Positions 25,521 to 35,917 of a stretch of 45,887 nucleotides of DNA are shown here, piece after piece; within the stretch, counting starts at the first letter, position 1; the number at the start of each line of letters is the position of its first letter. The position numbers and the translations under genes are program-made. This DNA comes from Octopus bimaculoides (taxonomy: Eukaryota): assembly GCF_001194135.2 (NCBI RefSeq), contig NC_068994.1, positions 35,562,043 through 35,607,929 of the forward strand, given 5' to 3'. The notes beneath the pieces were generated by a model that worked only from the letters and a program-made list of their open reading frames with translations, was not told the origin of the DNA and ran no database searches.

Positions 25521-26200
25521 TTACTGAACCGGCTTTCATTGCATTGCAAATTTTCAAGAAGAGGGGAAATGAAAATAATGTTTTTTACAAAAATATAAAA
25601 AAATATATAAAAAAAATAAATATACCAATACATTATATTGTCTTTGAGTTTTTAAAGTTCAATGGTAATCCATGTAGATAATTGTTAGATAGATTAGGAT
25701 GCATGGAATTAAGAATCGTGTTGTGTTTAGAAAAGGCTGAGAGTTTGTGTTAAACAGGAAGTGTGGTGTCAAAACAGGAAGTGTGTGTAAAGAGTATAAA
25801 ACCCACAGAATTGTCTTCCCTTACAAACACTTCCTGTTTAACACATAAACTCTCAGCTTTTTTTAAACACAACATGATTCATAATCCCATGCATCCTAAT
25901 CTATCTAACAATTATCTACATGGATTACCATTCAACTTTAAAAACTCAAAGATAATATAATGTATTGGTATATATTATTTTTTTATATATTTTTTATATT
26001 TTTGTAAAAACAATTATTTTCATTTCCCCTCTTTTTGAAAATTTGCCATGTAATGAAAGTCGGTTAGAAATCCTTTTTAATCCTCCTTATGCACATCTAT
26101 ATTAAAATATGCTTTCAGTTTAGCATTCTGCCTTATTATTATTATTTTTTATTTTCCTATTATTTCTCCACATGCGGTTAACACAACTCCATCATTTACT

Positions 26201-26204
<4 letters not shown>
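25521..26204. mobile_element. Long foldback element, copy 2 (gap-free)
   Basis: Left arm 25527-25790 and right arm 25821-26065 are near-identical inverted repeats around a 30-bp loop. Same tail as copy 1. Flanked by (TA)n on both sides. Confidence 0.9.
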
Positions 26205-26239
<35 letters not shown>

Positions 26240-26252
<13 letters not shown>

Positions 26253-26625
26253 CATAGCTGCACTCTTGTTACACGAGAAAAGCCATTGCCAAAAAGCCTT
26301 ACTGAAATGATTCATTGTTGATGCCATGTGATGTCCTTATATGACTTTTAAGCCCAGCCAAACTTTTACACATTTTATTACATACTGGACGACTGTGCTG
26401 CCTGGCAGGAGAAACAGGTGCCACCATATGCATTCTCGTAACATGTCTTTTCAGACCTCCAGTTGAGAGACACATCCTTCCACATTTTACACATGTTCTG
26501 TTGCGAATTTTAATAGCCACATCACTGTTTATCATGGGTTGATTTCTGTGAAATTTTTGATGGCTTACCAGGCCTGTACAGCTCAAACCACACACGCAAA
26601 AAGCAACACTCCCTCACTTTCCACA
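26240..26625 (-). pseudogene. Degenerate triple C2H2 zinc-finger coding fragment, probably the C-terminus and 3' end of an RTE-related LINE ORF
   Basis: FAC/VCGLSC--TGLVSHQKFH (frameshifted), CVKCGRMCLSTGGLKRHVTRMH, RPVCNKMCKSLAGLKSHIRTSH*. No TGEKP linkers. Short 3' UTR, then a microsatellite. Confidence 0.7.
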
Positions 26626-27084
26626 GGTCCCCCTTCTATATATGTGTATATATATATATNNNNNNNNNNNNNNNNNNNNNNNNNNNNNNNNNNNNNNNNN
26701 NNNNNNNNNNNNNNNNNNNNNNNNNNNNNNNNNNNNNNNNNNNNNNNNNNNNNNNNNNNAAAAAAAAGGGAATTCTTGAGGATCACTATTAATAGGCACC
26801 AGAGTGAATAAAATTTTTCATTTGGGATTTTGACTGCCCTTTTCAGCATGTAAGAAGTCCTGTCAAGGGTCTTCCCTGCATGTATAAATCTTTATACACA
26901 CTTATATAAAATATTTTGTCTTACGACTTCTATTATGCATGCAAACCACTGGTAATAAAATATTCAATAATTTTACACTTATACTTATGTAGTATGTGTG
27001 TGTGTGTGTATATCTCTATATATCTTTTACTTCAACAATAAGCCTGCAGGCATGCTAAATTCTTCAACATACTACCTTGAAGAA

Positions 27085-27400
27085 TTTTGGTCGAATGAAT
27101 TGACCCCAGTACTTATTATTTTTTTAAAAACTCAATACTTATTCTCTCAGGCCTTTTTGTCAAACCTCTATATTACAGTGATGTAAACACACCAACGTCA
27201 GTTGTCAAGCAGTGGTGGGGGACAAACACCAACAGAAAGACTTACACATATATGTGCGTGCACACAGACCTACACACACACCTACACACACACACACACA
27301 CACCTGATGGACTTCTTTCAGTTTCTGTCTACTGAAGTCACTCACAAGGCTATAGTAGAACATTCTTACTGAAAGTGTCACACAGTATGACTGAAACCCC
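27085..27400 (-). mobile_element. SINE family A, degenerate
   Basis: gaccccagtacttatt...gttgtcaagc...gggacaaacac...ttctttcagtttctgtctactgaagtcactcacaaggc. Confidence 0.75.
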
Positions 27401-27529
27401 AATATCTATCTATCTATCTGTCTGTCTGTCTATGTGTGTGTGTGTGTGTATGAACCACTACCTGCAATTACCCTACCACCACCACTACAAGCACAACTAC
27501 CACTGCTCCTTTAACTTATAATACCTTAC

Positions 27530-27699
27530 GTCCATTATGTCTTGTAGTAAATTTAACCTTCAACAAAATTTTCTCAGATACACACATTTCTCCCAAATTG
27601 TCTTGGCTTAAAATGCACTCTTTCTCACATATTGATGGCCTATTACACACTTGTACCCATACAGCTATGGTTGCTAATATTATATTTGTGCATAACACT
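27530..27699 (-). CDS. Candidate internal exon (R)VLCTNIILATIAVWVQVCNRPSICEKECILSQDNLGEMCVSEKILLKVKFTTRHNG
   Basis: Strong acceptor ttttctctgtgacctttag|, donor GAC|GTAAGG, 170 bp, one open frame. Product not recognised. Confidence 0.3.
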
Positions 27700-28057
27700 C
27701 TAAAGGTCACAGAGAAAATTTGGGGAATGACCAGTAAGAATTATGAGAGTGTGTACACATTTTAACTATATTTTGACTTAATTTTGCTCCCTTCTGTAGT
27801 TTCTCTGTAATTATGTAAATTAACATATGGTTTTAATTGGTGTGTATAATCACAAACACGCACACACACACACACACACCGATTAAAACCATATACTAAT
27901 TTTCAGATATACTAAAATAGTAAACAGATCAATACATGTGTGTATGTATGCATACATGCACATGTATGAGTGTGTGTGTGCAATTTTCATTGGTCTTTAT
28001 TCATCTTAATTCACACACACACATACACACACACACACACACATCTATATATCTATC

Positions 28058-28205
28058 CGCAGAGTTGCACCACAGAGGTTACCAGAGTAAGACCAGGTTG
28101 GGAAATGTGCAATGAGCTTCTACTACTGATGTCAAGAAAGGCCTTTTCCTTGAGAGTGAAGGGCAGATTGTCTGATGGTTGTGTTAGAACTGCGATGCTG
28201 AATCC
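28058..28205 (+). mobile_element. RTE-clade LINE ORF fragment (post-RT region)
   Basis: Translates to VTRVRPGWEMCNELLLLMSRKAFSLRVKGRLSDGCVRTAML, matching the RTE motif R.R.GW..F.ELL...LRVKGRLY..CVR.AML. Confidence 0.8.
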
Positions 28206-29040
28206 TGGTATGATTATTACCATATCACAACTAAATCAAACTGAAACTTAACAAGAGGGATCTGGGAATGAGGATACAGCCATAATCATAGACAAGACTT
28301 AAATGTCTTGCTTCTTGCTGTAATGCAGCTCATAGAGAGATATTAACTCATTTCCTTGGACAGTCAATTAATGCTTGACAGGCCTGTTTGCCTGCGACAT
28401 ATTGCGTTCTACCTCTGTGTGTGTGTGTGTGTGTGTATGCATGTGTACATATATATATTAACACCAGTATATCAATGTATGTCTCCTTGATTTGAAACAC
28501 GTTCCATAACTGCCAGCACACAAAACCCTCAAACTGCAAGTCACTCTGTAACTTCTGCTGGTTATTAATAAAATAAATATATAAGCATATATACATACAT
28601 ATATGTGTATGTATGTATTACATTTCTATTATATGATATGATATTATATTATATTACACACACACACACACACACATACACACAGAGTATATGTATATAT
28701 TATATTATATGCATTTATTATACACATATATAATATGTATATATATATTGTGTATGTATATATATANNNNNNNNNNNNNNNNNNNNNNNNNNNNNNNNNN
28801 NNNNNNNNNNNNNNNNNNNNNNNNNNNNNNNNNNNNNNNNNNNNNNNNNNNNNNNNNNNNNNNNNNNNNNNNNNNNNNNNNNNNNNNNNNNNNNNNNNNN
28901 NNNNNNNNNNNNNNNNNNNNNNNNNNNNNNNNNNNNNNNNNNNNNNNNNNNNNNNNNNNNNNNNNNNNNNNNNNNNNNNNNNNNNNNNNNNNNNNNNNNN
29001 NNNNNNATATCCCTATATATATGTATATAAATATATGTAT

Positions 29041-29073
<33 letters not shown>

Positions 29074-29795
29074 CACACAAATATATCCCTATATATATGT
29101 ATGTATATATATATATATATTCACACACACATATGGCTATATGTATGTATATACATATATGCATACATTTATGTTCATCTATTCACACTTGTGAAGGACT
29201 GTGTTTGCATCTCTGTACCTGAGTATGATGTGTCTGTATCAACTGCATCGATCAGTCTATGTGTAAGAGAATTATATTAAATTAATGTTGATTTCAGATT
29301 CTTGACAAATAACTGAGACCGACCACACTTTATATCTGCTGCTGCCTTATGTCTCACCAGGGATGGGAAGAAGATTAAGATAAATATAAGATACTATAAA
29401 TCCATTTTGTACATGTCTATGGGTCACAGACATGAAAAAATGTACCAGTTATTGAGAAAATAAGAGTTGACACGTTCAAGGATACAGAGATTTAAATAAT
29501 CATACACAGTCCACTATTTGTTATTTTGATTGGCATTTCATATCTGTTGTTGTTAATTCTATGCTGGACATTTTGTTATGAGTCTATAAGATGATAATAA
29601 CTTTGTCCTTACAATCTTATACTTTGCTTTCCTAGACGGTTGTCTGTCTCTCTTTCTCCATCTCTTCCCCTCTCCTTCTCTCTCTTTTTCTCTGTCTCTC
29701 TCTCTTTCTCTTCCTGCTCTGTTATTTCAGTCATGTCTGATGATTGTTGATTTTGTTTCTCCATTCTGGGCACATATCTATCTATGTGTATAATA

Positions 29796-29834
<39 letters not shown>

Positions 29835-30639
29835 TAGATAGATANNNNNNNNNNNNNNNNNNNNNNNNNNNNNNNNNNNNNNNNNNNNNNNNNNNNNNNN
29901 NNNNNNNNNNNNNNNNNNNNNNNNNNNNNNNNNNNNNNNNNNNNNNNNNNNNNNNNNNNNNNNNNNNNNNNNNNNNNNNNNNNNNNNNNNNNNNNNNNNN
30001 NNNNNNNNNNNNNNNNNNNNNNNNNNNNNNNNNNNNNNNNNNNNNNNNNNNNNNNNNNNNNNNNATATATATATATATATATATATAGATGTAGATAGAT
30101 AGATAAGAGACAGCAAGACAGGGAGAGATATAAATACACATGCAAATGTATATATACATATATATGTGTGTATATATGTATAAATGCATACACACACGCA
30201 CACACATATACATGCACATACATACATTCATTCATTGATGTGTGTGTGATGAAAGGGGATCTATTAAGGTTTGAGGCATATCAAAGTGAAGCATGCTACA
30301 GTTATTGGCTAGACAGAACAACACAAATCAGTCAGTTAAGTAATCCATTATCATAGCACAGAATGCATCAATGAAAAGAAGTTTACTGTTGTTTGATAAT
30401 CTGCAACTCCAATAGAATCCAAAAGTATCTAGACATGAATAGAATCTTAAGTGTGGCATACAAACATAATAAAACAAACAAATGAGTTATCTTGCCCTGC
30501 CACAACTCTTTCATTAAGACTCCTTATTGTGGCATGAATACAGTAGTCAGGTATACTCAGGCATGTGTACACACAACATCCATAAGATTATATAATACAT
30601 TACGCAACTCTCAACTCATCAGGCATACCAGATATACAA

Positions 30640-30872
30640 GCAAGCAGTGACCTGCTGATTATCAGTGAGCTGCTGATTAACAGTGACCGCTAGCTCCAAA
30701 AGTTTTTTTACTCTCTTTCTGTTCATTTCTTCGTGTTCCTTTCTGTTGAAGAGCGTAGGCTCGAAACGTAAAAGACTTTCTCACCTTCCCGAGCGTTAAA
30801 CTAACACACCTGTATGTTGTTTATACACCTGTTTTCATCTTTTGTTTGTCTGTAAATTTCAACTATATATAT
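30640..30872 (+). mobile_element. Penelope-like element terminal (pLTR-like) fragment
   Basis: Contains the TGAAGAGC-GTAG-GCTCGAAACGT motif typical of PLE pLTRs. 18-bp subrepeats cagtgaNctgctgatta upstream. Ends in aactatatat. Confidence 0.6.
30739..30774 (+). ncRNA. Minimal type-I hammerhead ribozyme-like motif (core variant CUGUUGA)
   Basis: Stem I CTTT/AAAG; core CTGTTGA+A; stem II GAGC-GTAG-GCTC; GAA; palindromic stem III ACGT; predicted cleavage after GUA (30770). Confidence 0.6.
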
Positions 30873-31344
30873 GCACATATCGACATTATAAGAATTTATA
30901 AACTTACAAGAGAAGGTAAAATAATTCTTGTTGGGTCCAATAATATCTCAAAGTAAATAAAAACTATAACTAATACCATGTAGTAGTTGACACGATAAGA
31001 GATGTGGGTTTGTGTTTAACAGGCAGCCTTCAACTTTTCTTTCCAAAAGGGTTTTTCAGTTGAGCATTTGCATGCTATTATCTATATAGGTGTATATGCT
31101 TTGAAATCCAGTTCCAAAAAGAAGATATAGGTATATGTACACAAACACATACCATACACACACATATCGATCTATCTATCTGTCTGTATATATATATATA
31201 TATATACTGTCATCAAACAACACAGGATATGCAAATGATATTTTTAAACTGTATAAAGCTTAAAAATACCTGTTATATTTTCTGCATTTCTCATTACTAT
31301 ATAACCTGGAATGAACTCCACACTTATAGCACATAAAATATAAA

Positions 31345-31585
31345 AGTGGAGAGTGGAAATGATTATCAAACTCTGGTGACATATAAAAGAGCACCTGTGC
31401 TGGTGACATGTAAAAGACGCATACTACACTCTGTCAAGTGGTTGGGATTAGGTAGGCCATCCAGCTGTCAAAACCATGTCAAAACAGATGACTGGAGCTT
31501 AATACAGCTCTCCACCTTACCAGCTCCAGGAGTCAAACCACTTAAACCATGCGAGCATTGAAAACAGACGTTAAATGATGATGAT
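31345..31585 (+). mobile_element. RTE-type LINE 3' UTR with (GAT)n tail
   Basis: ccatccagctgtcaaaaccatgtcaaaacaga...gaaaacagacgttaaatgatgatgatg, like 43400-43520. Confidence 0.8.
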
Positions 31586-31633
31586 GAAATATTTGGTAAC
31601 ATATGCCTTTCAGCATACTTTTAAGGATGTATA

Positions 31634-31797
31634 CAGGCACAGGCGTGGCTGTGTGGTAAGAAGCTTGCTTCCCAACCATATGGTTCTGGATTCAGTCCCA
31701 CTGTGTGGCACCTTGGGCAAGTGTCTTCTACTATAGCCTTGGGTTGACCAAAGCCTTGTGAGTGGATTTGGTAGACAGAAACTGAAAGAAGCCCATC

Positions 31798-31848
<51 letters not shown>

Positions 31849-32606
31849 AATTGTTGTGACCCCCTTCGGTCATGAATGACCATGGGATTGCACCCAGAAA
31901 GTTACCCTCTGAGGCACAAGTCTGGGCAAGGTTGTTTATGGAAGACCAGTCACCCATGCATACCAGTCTCCCCTCTCCATGCCACTGATGTTATCCAAGG
32001 GAAAGGCAAAGGCTGATACAGTTTGGCACCAGTGATGTCGCAGTTCATTTATTAACATGCAAGTGGCTGAGCACTCCACAGACACATGTACCCTTAGCGT
32101 AGTTCTCGGTGAGATTCAGTGATACAGAGTGTGACAAGGCTGGCCCTTTGTAATACAGGTACAACAAAAACAGGAAGAAAGAGTGAGAGAAAGTTGTGGT
32201 GAAAGAGTATTACAGAGTTCACGACCACCGTCTGCCAGAGCCATGTGGAGCTTTAGGTGTTTTCGCTCAATAAACACTCACAATGCCCGGTCTGGGAATC
32301 AAAACTGCGATCCTATGACCGCAAGTTCGCTGTCCTAACCACTGAGCCATTGAGCATAATATATGTAAATATATATATATATGTATGCATGTGTTTATGT
32401 GTGTTTGTGTTTGTCCCCTTGCCATTGCTTGACAACTGATGTTGGTGTGTTTATGTCCCCAAGACTTAGTGGTTTGGCAAAAGACACCGATAGAATAAGT
32501 ACTAGGTGTACAAAGAATAAGTCTTGGGGTTGATTTGCTCGACTAAAGGTGGTGCTCCAGCATGGCCGCAGTCAAATGACTGAAGCAAGTAAAAGAATAA
32601 AAGAAT
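31634..32606 (+). mobile_element. Full-length SINE family A split by an insertion in its TA linker (head 31634-31800, tail ~32390-32606)
   Basis: Head and tail both align to 2032-2420. Confidence 0.9.
31850..32352 (-). mobile_element. Chimeric tRNA-SINE nested in the family A copy
   Basis: tRNA head tggctcagtggttagg...ttttgattcccagacc. The 3' ~200 bp match 140-335; the 5' body does not. Confidence 0.8.
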
Positions 32607-32717
32607 ATATGTATCTATCTGCTGCAGTGAGATTGGCAGATTGGAGAATGGACTAGCCAAACTCTTATAAAGAGTAGTGGTTTGTAGTAGTAAGAGAGAG
32701 CATTTTGGTAGTCTTGC

Positions 32718-32860
32718 AAAGTACATCGTGTGAGGTTGATTAAACTTCCACTGCATATTTGATTAAACAAAGTACATCATGGAGGTTGATTAAACCTCCA
32801 CTGCATAATTGATTAAACAAAGTACACCGTGGAGGTTGATTAAACCTCCACTGCATAATT
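32718..32860. repeat. Three tandem 50-51-bp units, each with an internal hairpin
   Basis: Unit aaagtacatcatggaggttgattaaacctccactgcataattgattaaac; starts at 32718, 32769, 32819. Confidence 0.9.
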
Positions 32861-32984
32861 TATCTATACCACTTGTGGCAGGATATAAAAGTGGTGATGA
32901 GATATCCAAAGCTTGCATAAGATGTTTAAATTTTTTTTTGGTATGAAACCAAAGAAAAAAAATATTTATGGAAGACTCATTGGC

Positions 32985-33120
32985 TCACATGGTCAACCAA
33001 ATTCACTCACAAGCATTTGGTCAACCTGAGACAATAGTAGAACATGCTTCTCACAAGGTATCAAAGAGCAGGACTGAACCTGGAACCATGTGCTTTGGAA
33101 GCAAAATTCTAACCATAATA
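32985..33120 (-). mobile_element. SINE family A head, degenerate
   Basis: aaccaaattcactcacaagc...atagtagaacatgc...ggactgaacctggaaccatgtg. Confidence 0.7.
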
Positions 33121-33283
33121 TATATGTGTGTGTTGAGAGAGAAAGAGAAAAAGAATTTACAAATGTAAACTATACTGAAATAAAAGAAATATGTTCAAGT
33201 ATTAAAAGGATAAAATGTAGGAAAACGTATAATCAAAAGGATTAAGAATTAAATTATGTATATATATATATACATACATGTAC

Positions 33284-33335
<52 letters not shown>

Positions 33336-33385
33336 GTAATACATATATGTGTATGTATATATGTGTGTATTCCATATATAACTCC

Positions 33386-33426
<41 letters not shown>

Positions 33427-33640
33427 CATGTGTATATGCATATATATATATAGACACACACACACACATAGATAATCAAAAGAGTAATATATATGTGTGT
33501 GTGTGTATGTATTTCTCATAAACATTTTATGAAAACTTTATAAAACATTTTTGTGTTTTTTGCTTCTTCTGTTTTTGCAACATGGCATCAGTAAAACATC
33601 ATGAACAAGATTGCCTTTACATCAGAGCAGTTATGACTAC

Positions 33641-33736
33641 CTTAAGTGCATTGCGGCATTGTTATAGAGATTACACATGATTGCACCTTCAAGAGATGGA
33701 ATAATGTCTTGTTGCAATTCTTCAGGTAACAAGTAA
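33641..33736 (-). CDS. Candidate symmetric 96-bp exon (S)YLLPEELQQDIIPSLEGAIMCNLYNNAAMHL(R)
   Basis: Acceptor catcacag|, donor AAG|GTAGTC, phase 2-2, globular-protein-like composition. Phase is compatible with the 27530-27699 candidate. Confidence 0.3.
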
Positions 33737-33744
33737 CTGTGATG

Positions 33745-34030
33745 ATGATAATGACGATGATATGATGATGTTGATGGTGATAATGAAGGTGATGACGATG
33801 GTGATGATTATGATGACAGTGATGATGACAACGAAGATGATGATAATGATTATGATTTTGAATTACGATGATAATAATATATGACTAATACAACTAATAA
33901 ACAGTAATGATCCTGCTGGTGATTCTGATGATGGTGAAGGTCCTGAAGTGGGTGGTGAATATAATGACACTAATAATAATGATGATGATGATAAAGATGA
34001 TGATAATAACAACAACAACAGCAGTAATCA
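33745..34030. repeat. GAT/AAT trinucleotide-rich tract
   Basis: Runs of gatgat/aataat. Confidence 0.8.
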
Positions 34031-34251
34031 TATAAATCATATTAAAATGGATTTGTGAAAAGGAATGCACATTAATGATTTTAAATATGTTCTAATTTTT
34101 TTTTAAACAATAAATGAATTCTACCCTAAAAGATGTTTCCGACATCCATTTATAGCTATATGCCATTTTAAATGATGCATCATTTAAATGTTGTAGTGAT
34201 GGATGAGTGTACATACATTCATACATATTCACACACTTCCATGTGGATATA

Positions 34252-34285
<34 letters not shown>

Positions 34286-34457
34286 TACATACATAAGTAC
34301 ATACAAATACACACACATATACACACACACATACACACACACACATATTTATGGCAGTCATGAGAGGAGTCTTGAATAGAATAACTTGCAATATTGGTTC
34401 CTACTCTCTGCCCTCTGAGTTCAAATACTTCCCAGAGCAGGTCGACATTATCTTGCG

Positions 34458-34510
<53 letters not shown>

Positions 34511-34867
34511 AGAGAGAGAGAGAGAGAGAGTTCAGAGGAAAGTGAGGAGAGGTTGTTTTTGGAGGAATTTACAGCATGAGTGGCAGCTCATAGTACTCAT
34601 AGACATTAAATACTAATTGATGCAGTTAGCCATAACCTGGAACATAACTGAGATATATATATGTATATATATATAGGCCAGTAGTTTTTGAGGAGAACTT
34701 GGAAAGTAAAGATCCAGAATGACACTAAAAACTTCTCACTGAAATATATATATCATATATTTTCCTAAATACAAATTCTATGTATGTATGTATGTGTGTG
34801 TGTGTGTGTATGTATGTACGTATGCATGTACATACGTACATATAATCTATATCTATATCTATATATA

Positions 34868-34928
<61 letters not shown>

Positions 34929-35373
34929 AATGTTTATTCATTCCATCTTGATATATTTGCGTGTGTGTTTGAAATTGCTGAATTTAGCCAAATTGGTATG
35001 GGTAAATGGCTTCAAGCTGAAGTTATAATTTTGATGTGGACCAGTTGAAGCATGAGTTGCCAGTTGATGGAAATTATTCTATAAAGACATTTAGTCAGTG
35101 GACCATAAACAAGGTGGAAATATATTATAATTTGTGAGTAAGTATGTGTGTATGTGTTTGTGTGTGTGTGATATTGATATAGTGGCAAGCTGATGGTAAA
35201 TGAAACTTGCTGGAGTTGTTTTCACTGGGGAAAAAGTCATGAATGCTGCAACATCACAACTTTTGGAATCCTTGAAAATTTCTAACTTATGGAAGATTGC
35301 CATGTTATTGGTGCTGCTGTTGTTGCTGTTATTGTTGCTGTCTAGCTGTAGGTCAACTCTGACTGAGTGGAAC

Positions 35374-35712
35374 TATGATAAAGTTCATTATTTTCATTAT
35401 TTACGTTATTTACATTTGACGGATATTTGTCCTCATCTTCTTGTTGTTAACATGTTTCGGCTGATATACCCTCCAGCCTTCATCAGGTGTCTTGGGGGAA
35501 ATTTCAAGCCTGGGTTCTCGTTCCTAAGGTATTTTTCAATATTATTATTATTATTATTAAGGTCACTGCTTGGAATCAAACTTGAAATCTTGGGGTTAGT
35601 AGCCCGCGCTCTTAACCACACACACACACACACACACACAAACATACATATAATGAAAATAATGTACATAATTCCTGATCTCTTAAATATAGAACTGTAT
35701 TATGATAAAGTT
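35374..35712 (-). mobile_element. tRNA-headed SINE with a hammerhead-core motif, inverted 3' tail and 12-bp TSD
   Basis: TSD tatgataaagtt at 35374-35385 and 35701-35712. Minus-strand head gtggttaagagcgcggg...gtttgattcc. Plus-strand segment 35650-35700 overlaps the minus-strand end by ataatgaaaataatg (15 bp). Confidence 0.75.
35449..35490 (-). ncRNA. Hammerhead ribozyme core (stem I apparently decayed in this copy)
   Basis: CTGATGA+A; stem II GGCTG-gagggtatat-CAGCC; GAA; palindromic ACATGT. Upstream ACAC has no partner downstream. Confidence 0.5.
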
Positions 35713-35917
35713 ATTCCAACCTTGACCATCTCATCTATTTTTAAGAACATATCCAGGACTACATTATTCAATGTGTCCATTTTGATCTCAAGACAGCAAA
35801 TAGGATGTAATTCGAGAGAGCTTTGGCTGCTTTTCTTGCAGATCAAGCAACCATGTAAAAGTTCTCCATTTAAAATTGCTGTTGTTTTTGTTCTTGTTTA
35901 ATCTTAGGTCAGTTCCT

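Noticed and set aside
25519-25530. ttactga at the left edge of foldback copy 2, echoing its right-end tail (possible tandem or rolling-circle junction)
   Set aside because: Only 7 bp in AT-rich DNA and absent from copy 1; compatible with chance.
32718-32860. CRISPR-like palindromic repeats (also 24270-24985)
   Set aside because: Units are contiguous with no unique spacers, there are no cas genes, and the context is eukaryotic.
34960-35130. Protein-like YNFDVDQLKHELPVDGNYSIKTFSQWTINKVEIYYN with a GTGAGT/GTAAGT donor
   Set aside because: No credible acceptor, an in-frame stop immediately upstream, and no recognised homology.
35200-35901. 233-aa plus-strand ORF, the longest without Ns
   Set aside because: It runs through a (GTT/GCT) repeat, an antisense SINE and a (CA)n tract; it is a chance composite with no domain.
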